From positions 5,027,925 through 5,091,924 of the forward strand of contig OZ316896.1 of the NCBI GenBank assembly GCA_973895155.1: DNA of 64,000 nucleotides, given 5' to 3'. Positions within the stretch are counted from its first letter, which is position 1. Each line of letters starts with the position of its first letter. Of this stretch, positions 51,214 through 62,487 are shown piece by piece. Both the position numbers and the translations under genes were made by a program. The DNA comes from Marsupella aquatica (Eukaryota > Plantae > Marchantiophyta). Below the pieces are notes generated by a model, which did not search any database, was not told the DNA's origin, and saw nothing but the letters and a program-made list of their open reading frames with translations.

Positions 51214-52443
51214 CAGGCTAACCTGAGTTGAAACAACTGCCAAAACGCTTCTACAGTCAAAAGCAATCAGTCACACTAAACTAAAGTGTAGAAAAAAACC
51301 AAGTGTATGTGGTGTGGTTCTTGTAAAGCCCCTTAAACTTTGGCAACTTTTTGGGGCTAAATCTGACACCAACCGAATCATTATCCTCTCACTTTTGTGT
51401 GCACATTATGGGTCATTCGGGAACCTTGCCCCTTCTTCGCCTTCCAAGGCGGACGTGAAATAAATGAATCCGTGTTCATTGAGGTAGAACGTGAGATCTT
51501 TTTGAATTTGAAAAGTGAGGTGGATATCAATTAAACAACCCAGGAAATTGGTATCTGTGTAGAGGACACACATGTACAGCCACGCCTTGAGTCCACCAAC
51601 GCTGCCCAAGCTATGTGGACCTTTAACATTGCTCCATTTTCCCATAAAAATTTAATTTCTGGAAAGAGAAAGGGTCCGTTACTCATGCTCCTTTAATCTT
51701 AAAGTGGACAATCATCATGAAGCAAAGTTTTCGGTGACTCTTTAAAGACGGAATTCGCAGTAGTTTCTGCTCCAATCTTTTGTGCTCGTGCTAGAATAGC
51801 TCGTAACTATGTATGCACTGCAATTTCAGATCTGGGCTACAGTAGCTGGCGTTGATCATGTAATATGGATATGCGAGACTACGGTATGATTGCGGTGCTT
51901 GTGGAACAGCACAGAAGATTGATTGGGTGCTACGAATTCTCCAATGTTCGAGACAAATCTCCAGTGCAATGCTAGCTTCCCCTCTAGATCTCTGCTCATT
52001 CGCATCTGTGCGCAAGCTCGTTATCAGCTTATCGCCATGGCATGCATCCTTTCAAGGAATCATGAGGGTGTTGCAGTCTGGGTATGCATCATGCTAAAAC
52101 CATCGAACCCGGGACCGGCATTTATGCGAATGACTAACGCGAAGTCGCGTGCGTGTTGGACAAATGTTTCAAAGAAGAACAGTTGCAGGGAAAGAATGTA
52201 TCGTATGTACTAGACGTACCGTACTCAAAGAATGCATTTGCGAGATTGCTTCTTGGACCAGCTGTTGATGAAGCAAAAAAACGGGTCCTGCATCAGTCCC
52301 ATGCAGATGTTTTGATCAGCCCCGACAAGAACTGACATAAGCTTCAAAAAGCTTCCAAAAAAGGCCAGATCTGTTCACGAAGAACTCTGCCGAATTCAGA
52401 GCACCTGTCCGTCGAAGTTTTAAAACTCATATGGGAAATATAA

Positions 52444-52575
52444 GAGCATCTCCAATGCATACTTGGTTTGCTTAGGCTAACTGGGTTTGGGCCAAACTTT
52501 GTAAGTTACAAAAAAAAAATGCAAGCCCATCAGGTTGACTGTAAGTAACCCTATCCACAATTTTGGAAACGGTAA
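52444..52575. mobile_element. Tourist-like MITE fragment, same family as 1880-2425
   Basis: TAA followed by left TIR GAGCATCTCCAA. Internal AAAATGCAAGCCCATCAGGTTGACTG is similar to the reverse complement of CAGTAACCATTGGGCTTGCTTTTT. The right end is uncertain. Confidence 0.55.
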
Positions 52576-53347
52576 TGCGCATTAACGGGATTACATTTGC
52601 TTTGATGGGGTTTCCTTAGATGAAGATCAGGGTGTCCTGGGGAGGCCTCGCTCCGTGTGGGAAGGAGCTCCTTGGCAAAAAGGAGTCCTGCTCAATTAAA
52701 CAACTATCCAATAACAGGTGGGATTGCTCTATGACAAACCCCGTTAAGCCTTTAGTGCATGCCAATAATAGCTGTGACATTGCGCTATTGCAAGGAACCC
52801 CCCCTTTGGAGATCAATAATGGAGGCTAGATTCCAAAACACATATACTTTCCGCTCTAACAATGCCTCTATTTTCAATTTGGCTCAATGTCGAGAAAGAT
52901 GAAACAAACAGAGCAAAGGGAACGAAAAGATTAGGAACGAAACAAATAATTAACAAAAGAAAGGAAGAAAGCAAAAGGTAAATAGATTCAATCGGATGTT
53001 TCAAGGCAAAAACGAAAGGAAGAAAGCAAAAGACATGCCCACAGTTCCAAGACAGCTTCATCGCCGTATTATAATAATCTACACACTGGTCATCATTGGA
53101 AACTCAATAACTCTCTCGACTTTAATTAGAACTGAAAAGCCCGTTCGGCCGACATTTGAGAGAAATTCAGTGGCCAAACTATTGGTAATTACAGAGCTTG
53201 TGGCGGCATGGCTACTGTAGCTTGCTTGATAATGAGACTGCTAGGGTAGGTTTTGCACGAGCTTGTTTTCCGTGTTTTAGATAGAGCATAACAGCTAACT
53301 GCAAACTATATATCGTTGCTTGGCAGACTGACTGCGGTTGTGGAGGT

Positions 53348-53440
53348 CAGAAATGGGATTTGGGACCTGTCCTTGGAAACTGTGAGCAGTCCTCACACGG
53401 ACAGAAATGGGATTTGGGACCAGTCCTTGGAAACTGTGAC
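53348..53440. repeat. ~38-bp direct repeat x2
   Basis: CAGAAATGGGATTTGGGACC(T/A)GTCCTTGGAAACTGTGA occurs twice, 54 bp apart. Confidence 0.85.
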
Positions 53441-53649
53441 CAACCCTCTAACACAGATATCCGTGAGTGTACTTCATTCTGATCAGGACGCATCGTGGAT
53501 TATGGGTTATGATTACAGTAGTAGTCAGCACCGTATCTCAGGGGCCCATGTGCCTTGTTAGTCGGGTGTGCGTTTACTTTTTTGGTAATTGGTACGAACC
53601 AGCGTGTTTTTATAGGGGCGAAAATTAGAGTATGCTTCTCTAAAACGTA

Positions 53650-53852
53650 TTCACCACTTTCGACTGAAATTGCTTGATTTTCTAATCTCCCACGCGCCAG
53701 TTTTCATCTAGCCAGACATAGAATCTTACAGGCATCCTGAAATCTAGGAATATCTGATGGCCATAAATTAAAAGACAAACTAGAATAAAAACTATTCTTA
53801 GAATCTTCTCCTAGCAAAAGGCGACATTGGCCAAAAAGAGAAAACCCTATAA
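53650..53852 (-). mobile_element. Dispersed ~250-bp MITE-like repeat, degenerate copy E
   Basis: The reverse complement contains TTTTTGGCCAATGTCGCC...GAAGATTCT...CCATCAGAT...CTAGATTT...AGATTCT...TGGCTAGAT, similar to copies B and D. Confidence 0.5.
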
Positions 53853-55084
53853 CTATGGTAGTTTCCTCCCAACATAGTTGATTATAGGGCCTCTAGTCAA
53901 AATTACTCTTTGTAATACTCCTATACTAACTAGGCAGGAGAGTTTTCAGTTTGCTGCTCGGCTGAGCTTTAGTTTCACTGTTTTCTTCCATTCACTGGGT
54001 CTCTCGCCTTTGGGACTCCTGTCTCTTAGTTTGGTGCTTTGTGCTCTGTGCATGGCCAGCGTGTTATATAAATAGATATCTGGTTGCTGCTTACATGTTT
54101 AAACTGATTTGAGACCTGGAAGGCTTTTATTTATTTTTTGCTTTGAAAGAAATGTGGAAGGCCTTTTCAGTGTTGCATGTTTTGTCCTTCCTTAAACAGT
54201 AATAATAATATTAAGAATTTTGGGGCTAAAATGGCCTCAGAAAAACAAAAAAAAACCGGCCTTCACACCTTAAAGTATGGATGTGAGGAAACAAACATTC
54301 TAAATTTGAAGTGGGATGGAAGACCTCCTCACTTCACTTGGAGAAAAAAGGGTTACCTTAAATTCTAGCCCGGCCCAATAGGGAAAATGCCAAAACCAGG
54401 GGGTGAATGATAACATTTAGTGTGGCAGCTTTGAGGTGGGACATTGGACATCAACTTTGCTAAATTCCAGATGACTGGCGTACAAATCCAAAGAGTCCGG
54501 GAAACTTTAAAGTCTGCACTCTTTTTGTCTAAATGAATCTCAAATGTCCCATCCCACCAAAAACTTTAGTGAGTATGAGTGCACCTCAGCAGAGTCTTGC
54601 CCTCAAATGACATCAATACAGCACTTGCACTTAGTTAGAACACCAGTTGTGGAAAAGTAGATCATCACAGTTTGCTATGGTGGGTCTTAATTTTTAGTTT
54701 TTGCTTTATAGTTATTCGGGGTTTGCCCTTTGCTCGCACGCAGGTGTACTTTGTTTGTCCCTTTTGAGTGCTTGTTTCATGACTCTGTTTATCAATTTTC
54801 AGTAAATTATACTTTATTTGTCACTTTTTAGTATACCGGTCCATATTCTCTTTGGCCCCCCTGATCCATTTTTTTTCCCTTCTATATGAAGCTCACCGAG
54901 TCCGAAGTCTAGACTCTAGAGTACCATTCAGACAATGGTGTCATCGAGTTACCGAAAGCTGACAAGGTCGGACCATCCTCCAGTTTGGCGGGACCCCCAA
55001 GTTAAACTCTCACCGGTGTAGTAGCTGTATTGTACCGGTGCTTAATTAATTAATCAGTTCCCCGACTTAACTAAATGTTCAAGC

Positions 55085-58036
55085 GCTAATTAAGTGGCGC
55101 CGCCAGAGAGTTACCGCTGGGTTCCATTTCTCGAGCACCGTGTGCTGACACCTGGGACGCCACGCCACGACGGCCGTCCCGTCCGCTGCCGTCACCATCC
55201 CATTCACGGAAACCAGGAAACGGATAGCGAACCCTTTTCCGACCAAAACAGCAAAACATCCCCGACGGCGGATGCCGGGAACTCGACGGCGAATCCCTTT
55301 CTGCGAAGTTTACCGCAGTCTCCGTTCCCGGAGTCCCGGGAAATGCGAACCCGACGCAAGTCACGGCGGTCGGGAAATCCGGAGCCGTGGAAAAGGGGAA
55401 ATCGAAGTTCTGCTCTAAAGTCTGATGAAGGTCTCGCGAGATTTCAAAAATCAGGTTTGCATGCTTGGATTTGTGGGTTCATCTCAGATTCTCAGTCTAT
55501 TATAGAGTAGTCAGCGCTGATGAGCGGTGATTGAGAAGGGGGTTTGAAGGGCGTAAAAAGGATTTTCAAAGCCCTCGGGTTTGATTCGTTTCGCAGCTGA
55601 CATGGTGCGGAAATCATGAGTTTGGGGATATCGTTCACTGGCCTCGATTGAATGGCAGTAGGAGTTTCCTCGTCAGGCCATACGTCAGTGCGGAAGAGAT
55701 TATTGCAGACCGTAGAGCGAGAAAAAAGGATTGGCCGGTTCGTGCATGTGTTGCTCAGATAGAGTAGTGCGGAAAAGCGATGGAGGCCACCAGGCTAGAC
55801 TGATGATGGTTCACGGAGTGTACCAATAATATTGTGCTGTAGAGGACAGACGGACGGACCGATGGAAAGAGTGTGAGTCGTGTGTGGCAGGATCTGGTCA
55901 TCGGTACTGTAGTTGGGGCTCATCAAGAACCGAAATCGCAACAACAGCAGAGGGACGTCGAGCGAAATCTAATAAGCTTTCGCCTGAAGGGAGGAGCTGG
56001 TTTGGTGACTTGACTGGAATAGTAGCAAGGCAAGAGGAAAAAGCTTCAATCCGGCTGGAGATCTTAGCAGCAGCATTCATTGCTTATCCGAAAGAGGAAT
56101 CACGGTTCAGCATTGTCAATATGGAGAGCAGGATTTGAATTCCTGAGTGGAGAATAGACGCCTGGAGAGTGGAGATCATTGCCAGCTTCTTACGTAGCTG
56201 TGGAGTGTTCACAGAGCAAGTAGAACTATCGTAGCTGGAGAGGTGGAGTGCGGGGCCGAGCGGCTATGTAACGTGGATAGAGTAATGTCGGTGGTTAGAT
56301 GCGTGGCTTTCGTTTAAGGAGAGGAAATGCCTGTGAGAGCATACAAGAGTAATGTACGTAGATTGTACCCCTTCTCGTTAAAAGAAAGAGGAATTCGAGC
56401 AACGGAAAGACTCGCTGCTGACTAAAGAGTGCAGAATTTGCAGAGCATTGGGCGTTTCTAGCGGTCGTCGGCGAGTACTATCATCACGTAAAGGATGTGC
56501 CGAGGAATTGATTGTCAACCTAACCAGGACCGGTCCAGACATTACTACTGTGTGAAGGCATGGATCCCGCCCACATGCGAACGGAACTTGCATTGAGTCA
56601 AATTTGTAGCTCAAGGTAGATTGAAAGGCCTTCGAGGTGGCAGAAGCGTGCATGGAGGGCGACCTGAGAAGATCTAGAGAGAATATGGTTTGGAGCTCCA
56701 AAGACTGTTTCTGCGAGCGAGTATTATTCACGCACTTCTCATGAGCAGGCTTGCTACAGCAGTAGAGCAGGTAGGATTGCAACATTGCTGTTGGAATTTA
56801 GACTAAACCACCGCCTAAGATTGATTGACAGATCGCCCTTTTCTCCAGGTGCCTCATTGAGTTGAGAGAGGCAGGTGTTGGCTATCCTCTTCTATTAGAT
56901 AGGTGTGGGATCGAGCTAAGATCTGAATGAGAGTTGAATGATCAGCATTAATAGCTCATGATCACGGGCTTACTCGGCGGGGTGATTGCAGGTGATCGAC
57001 TGGAGGGTAGATTACAGAAGCCACGTCGGGCGAGTGAGGCTCTGATGAGATGCTCCTACATTGCGGCTAGTCATTCAGTCGACAACTGAAAGGATGAAAG
57101 ACGGTGTGATCACTCGCATGGGGAGGAGATCGTGCATCACAGCAGGATCTATAATCAGGCGATCCCTTGGGAGCCATTCATCTCGTCAGCTCAACATGGG
57201 GAGTAGATAAAGGTGCTCCAGTAGAACTGTACAGTTGATCCTCCATTGAGCATTCTTTTGTCCAGTTGTGCGGATGAGGACGGGAGCACTACGCCCGACG
57301 ACATTTGGTATCTCGAAGGCGTTGAATCTTACGGTCGACACTCGATAGTCAGCTCTGGCAGCAACAGTGAAAGAATAGAGGTTGACAGAAAAAGAGAGAA
57401 GAGAGACAAATGTTTGACGCTAGTGCACTCGCGATAGACCAGCCTGGAGACGTGGTACCGGCCTTCATGCAGAATCTCGGGTGTTACTCACATTTCGTTT
57501 CACAGGGAGTGTCAATGGTGAATGTGCTTTGTTTGTTGGCTGAAATCCATTACAGTCAAGGAAGGGGATGCCGGGGAGAAGAAGTCCTAGAGTCTTGAAG
57601 ACCAGTTTTATCACTCGTGTGTTTTTGCTGGGACGTGGTCTACCTTTGGAAGATGGATGTGATAGATTTTGGTAGCGACACAATTGATGGTGAGCTTTTC
57701 GCTTGTTTGCTCGATGTGGTTCTTGCATACCGATTTTCAGACCTCCTCTAGTCACAATCAACCGATCAATAGCAGGCAGATCTACGTATGATTGCTCTCG
57801 AATTGGCCGTTCACCATTGCATTTGCGTCATCGAGCACACTACAGGGCTCATTCTCTACCGACGCTTCAGTCCGCGTTTGGATTGGAGCACCGACGAACT
57901 CACGTGCGGATCTGTCTGCCTCGCCATTGAGAAGAATCTGCAATGTGGTGCAGAGGGCGACAACTGAGTGAGACTGGAGGAGAGCCTCCATCCATTTGAA
58001 GCTGTGGGGTAGCAACAGCTGCAGAGGGAGGGAGAC
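55085..58036 (+). promoter_or_regulatory. CpG-rich promoter and inferred ~2.5-kb 5' leader of the EEP gene
   Basis: CpG island at 55085-55400, TATA-like TATTATAG at ~55498, then G/A-rich non-coding sequence up to the ATG at 58037. Transcription of this stretch is inferred. Confidence 0.4.
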
Positions 58037-61000
58037 ATGGAAAGGGTCCGTGGTCGAATCAGGCGCATTCGTCACCGATTCGAGTTGCCTTCGTGTCTGA
58101 AGCCCAAGAAGGATATTCCTAGTCTCATATACACAGTTCTGGAGAGGGAAAACAATGACCGCTCTTCACTTTTTCGTGGCCGACATCAGCACCTACGGCG
58201 TCAATCATCTTGTAAGGAAAGTTGCAGCAGAAGGGACTCCTTCCCGACGAGGAATGAGAATTGTAGACGTGTGCGTGACGATTGTCTGGGGGATATGAGC
58301 TTTTCTTGGGCCACTGACGACGATAGACTGTACTGCGAGAAGGAGAGTGGTGCGGATTGCTGGAACGCCAACATCCTTGCGGACCGAGAAGGACCCACAA
58401 TTCGGGTTGCAACTTTTGACGTGGCCTTGTTCTCTCTTGCACCAGCCATTCCTCCAGAGCGCGCTTGTGCTGCTCCTGCCACTCCTAGTAAAACTCCAGC
58501 CGCAGCCCATACCTTCGAGCTCACTACACTTAGTCACAACTTCCACTCCAGCGACTCGTCGTCCATCTTCTCGGACAAGTCCAAGTCCAATTCGAGCGAC
58601 GCCAGCTCTGGAATGAATTCGTTCGCCAACTCCAGGGAGAGCGCTGATTCCAGCGAGACATTTGCAATTCTCTCTCAACATTCATCCAAGCCAACCCAAT
58701 CATTCAACATCTGCTCTTCTGTTGATCCACCCAAGAATTATCATCCAGTGTTCGACATCAGGCGAGTTTGGAGGTCGTCATCTCCTGCCAGGGCCAGGTC
58801 CAAACCGACTACTCCCAAATCTAAGTCTTTGTCCCCTTTCAAGCCGGCGAGCGGAAAGAGCAATGCCTGTGGCAATTTTTACCACTCCAAACTCAATCCA
58901 GTGTTTGGCCTCTCAGGCAGTGGCAGCAGCTCCCGGTGTCTGATGGATTCACTTCCCTCCCTCTTCAATGATCTGGTCACCTTCGGTGACCACCAGGGCT
59001 CGGATCGTGAGGACGCCGAAAGATGTCCTCACGTACCTTTCCATTGTGAGGAGAAGCGCATGTACTCTCCATCTACATTTTCCCAGATAGAATACTCCCC
59101 CTGCAACTCAGGCTTCCACACTCCAGTCCATCCGGAGCCCTTTCCTTCAGATTCTGGAGCTGGCTCCTCTTGCACAGCTTCTCCGGCAGAGCAATCCACT
59201 CCAATCTCCCCCTACACCAATTCAGGGTGCCTGTTCGACTCCCCTTGCAGCAATCTGTCCCCTCTCGCCCCTCGGTTCTACAGCGGCCCCCCAGAAACTC
59301 CGCAACCCCAATCAAAACCGTGCAGTGTTGCCACGTCCATCCTCGACATATTGCTGGGGGTAGATGCGGATATCATTGCTCTGCAAGAGGTGCGCGCCGA
59401 AGAGGAACGTGGAATGAAGCCACTTTCTGAGCTCGCCGACGCTCTGGGCATGGAGTTCGCTTACGCTGAAAGCTGGGCTCCGGAATTTGGTAATGCCGTG
59501 CTCTCTCGATGGCCCATCAAGAGCGCATCTGTGCAGCAGATTCACGATGAGACAGATTACAGGTAACCGCATCAACCCGTATTTCCATCGTTGTAAGGGA
59601 GAGGATAATTTTTGAAACCTCTGTATTTGATTGGTGATTTATGAGAAGCTCTGCCACGACTTTCTGGTCTCTGCTAGTCTGAGGTGCCTACTATGCTTTG
59701 AGAGCCTTTTCTGTGTGGTGTTAATGCATTCCCAGTAGGCTAGTGCGTAATTGTTCATAGATCCTTCTGCAATGGTCCCTTCTATTGAGACATTTTCAAG
59801 TCCTTGTGTTACAATTTGATCTCTTCTGTTGCTCAGTTCTAGAACCCTTGCAATGCTCACTTGTAACGTACTTGATGGATTGCCCGACGCAAGTGGGCAT
59901 GTAGAACGGAAGCCTAATCCCCTATTTGATCTGCATGTTGCCTTGCTGCAAAATCCTAAATGTGCATGAAACTGAATCTCTCGAAAGTGAATAAACCTGT
60001 TGCGTTACGTGAGCTTAAAACCCGTCACTGCGTCCATTTGGCTTGCAAAGCTGTCATACGTTTGACGAATTTGTTGCGGATTTAAGGAACCAGGAAAGGG
60101 GTTCGTCTCATTCTATGAGTTGCCCCGTATCGGTCGAAAGGGAGATATGCTATGCGAGTGTGATCTAAGTCTCACAATTCTGGATTGGAAAAGTGGTTGA
60201 ATACCGAAGATGTTGACATTTGTTTCTCTCAAAGATAACTTCCCAATCTAAATTTATGTAGCAGAAATAAGAAGCTGAGGCGTATTGAACTGCAGACGTA
60301 TCTCAGTAGAGGTCGCGTTGAATTATTAGGTTGAACCCTGTCACTGGCCGGAGCAGTCGCTCACAGCCAGTCTCCGATTGGGTGGGAAGAATATGTTTCC
60401 CCAGCACTAACGTTCATGGAAAGGATAGTAAAGATGTCTCATGACAGTGTCATGTGCAGTGTGGCCTGCGGTCAATACGTTTTATCATGCTTGAGAAATC
60501 TCTAAGGCTGGAATTGTTGGAACAGGAATGTGCTGAAGGTTGTTGTGGAGGTGCCACTTGTTGGTGATCTTCATGTTTATTGCACACAATTGGATCATCT
60601 GGATGAAGACTGGAGAATGAAGCAGGTGGAGTCGTTCCTGCACATGTCGCCCGCATCACAACCCCACATTTTCGCAGGGAATTTCAATTCTCTGGACCGG
60701 TCAGACTACTCAAAGGACCGCTGGGAAGAGATAGTCCAAGTAAGCTGTGAGTTGCTTTGTGTGGTGTTGGTGTTGGTTTTGCTGGACATCTTTCCGTAGT
60801 GGTTCATCCAACCTTGGGGTTTGTTTCTCTATTCAGTCGGTGGTTTATTCAATCGTCCAAAGGACCACTCCTGACTGGTATATCTTCTGCAGGCACGCAA
60901 ACAGGACAGGAAATTGTCTCCGAGGGGTGATGTTCTCAGGAAACTTGTTCAGGAGAAATCATACAAGGATGCCAAGGTGGCAATGGGTGACGGTCTGATG

Positions 61001-61494
61001 GAAGCGGGGCTCCAGTTGAAAGGACAAGGTTAGTCAGAATGGCTACATTGGTTTGAATGGACTTTTCGTCTGAGGTACCCCAGTGTGTCGTTCAGTTCTT
61101 CTGGTTGTCATGACATCCTGATACACAATAGTACCGAGTTTGTACTATGCAGAACACGACTGGTTCCTACACTCTTCAGCTAGACATGCCTCCACTGCCG
61201 TCGAACAAATAATGATTGTGTCGTTTCACTTGTAGGCATACGGTTGATTGAGCTCTATTGCAGATCCAATTATACTTATTGAATATTTGACTTTCACGAG
61301 CTTCGCTGAAGGTTTGATTACATTGTGCAGGTGTCGATGGAACATGCCAACACGGCACGCGAGTTGACTACATCTTGGGATCTCCAAAACTCGCTTTTGA
61401 TTTTGTTCCTGGCTCGTACTCTGTGGTATCATCAAGAGGCACCTCAAATCATGATCTGGCCCTAGTAGACTTGCAACCACATTGTTTCTTGTGA
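58037..61494 (+). CDS. Endonuclease/exonuclease/phosphatase (DNase I-like, EEP) family protein; 4 exons, 679 aa
   Basis: Exons 58037-59562, 60526-60739, 60893-61028, 61331-61494 (GT-AG, consistent phases, 2040 nt). Motifs IRVATF..ALFSLAP, DADIIALQEV, FAYAESWAPEFGNAVLSRWPI, CTQLDHLDE.WRMKQV, NSLD.SDYS..RW, GTC..GTRVDYIL and FVPGSYSV.SS.GTS.H match the plant DNase I-like family (At2g48030/At3g21530-type, from memory). Confidence 0.92.
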
Positions 61495-62402
61495 GTAAGC
61501 GTGAGAGTTGATCCTGGCTGCCGTGTTGTCCCCCTTCAATACGCGGAAGTACATGTGAAGTGATGAATCTTCCCTGCATGCACTCCTTGCAAGCCCTCGA
61601 AGGCAACCTTCGTCAATTTTGTTCTGTATATGTCCATACTGAATATGACATCAGGAGTGGAAGCCTCTTGAACTTTGCGGGTGGAGTTTTCAAAGATGCA
61701 GAAATTCACCCCAAGCGGAATGCCTCTTTTTAAGTCGGGCACTCTTTCACCTCCCTCGGTTCCTCACCGTATTCTGGGATTTTCAGATTGTCTGCGAAAC
61801 CTCGGGTGATTTGGTAGTCGGATGGCCTATATGTTTTGAGAGAGAATGCTTCCTACGCAGTGGAGCTAAGTCTTTTCGGAAGCAATCTTAGAGAAACAGT
61901 TGTGAACAACTTGTGCAGGTCGGACCTCCACGGGCCACCAAGTGACTCACTGACATGTTTTGTAGATCGTCTTCCCGACACTTCTATAGCAACACCTCCG
62001 CTTCTGGGAATGGGAAAAATCTGATCCCGATTTTCTTGGATGACGGCCAAACAGAGGATTGTAATTCAGCATGTACACATAAGTGAGTGGCAGTAACACT
62101 TGCAAAGATGAATTTCTTCTTTGGATGGGAATGCCGAGCTCTGAGAATTTTTGCCCAACTTCTTCAGCAACATTCCAAGCTGATGTTCTGAGGGCCACGA
62201 GTAACTGTGGGAAGAAGAGTTTCAAATACAGTTCTGGTGCAGCGGAATACCGAGGACCTGCAGTCTGGGAGTCCCAGGAGACCGATTTTGATGCGGGGGT
62301 CTTTGTGCGGACACTTCAAACTGGCGAATGTATATTAGTTGGAAACTTGAAAAGCGTTTGGGGCCGGGCTGCGAGACCAGCTGGTTACTATCCTGTCTAG
62401 CA

Positions 62403-62487
62403 GGCCGAGTTATTCTGGATATTAGCACCCTCATGAGCCTAAATCGGCAACCTACTTTCATGAGGGTGCTAATGTCGTGGCTGGTTG
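62403..62487 (+). other. Stem-loop (candidate small-RNA precursor or structural element)
   Basis: Perfect 16-bp inverted repeat ATTAGCACCCTCATGA (62421-62436) / TCATGAGGGTGCTAAT (62458-62473). On the + strand it extends to 20 bp plus a lower stem through G-U pairs. Confidence 0.6.

Noticed and set aside
58125-59575. Antisense and alternate-frame ORFs over the EEP CDS (likewise over the DUF688-like and ENT genes)
   Set aside because: They are shadow ORFs of real coding sequence.
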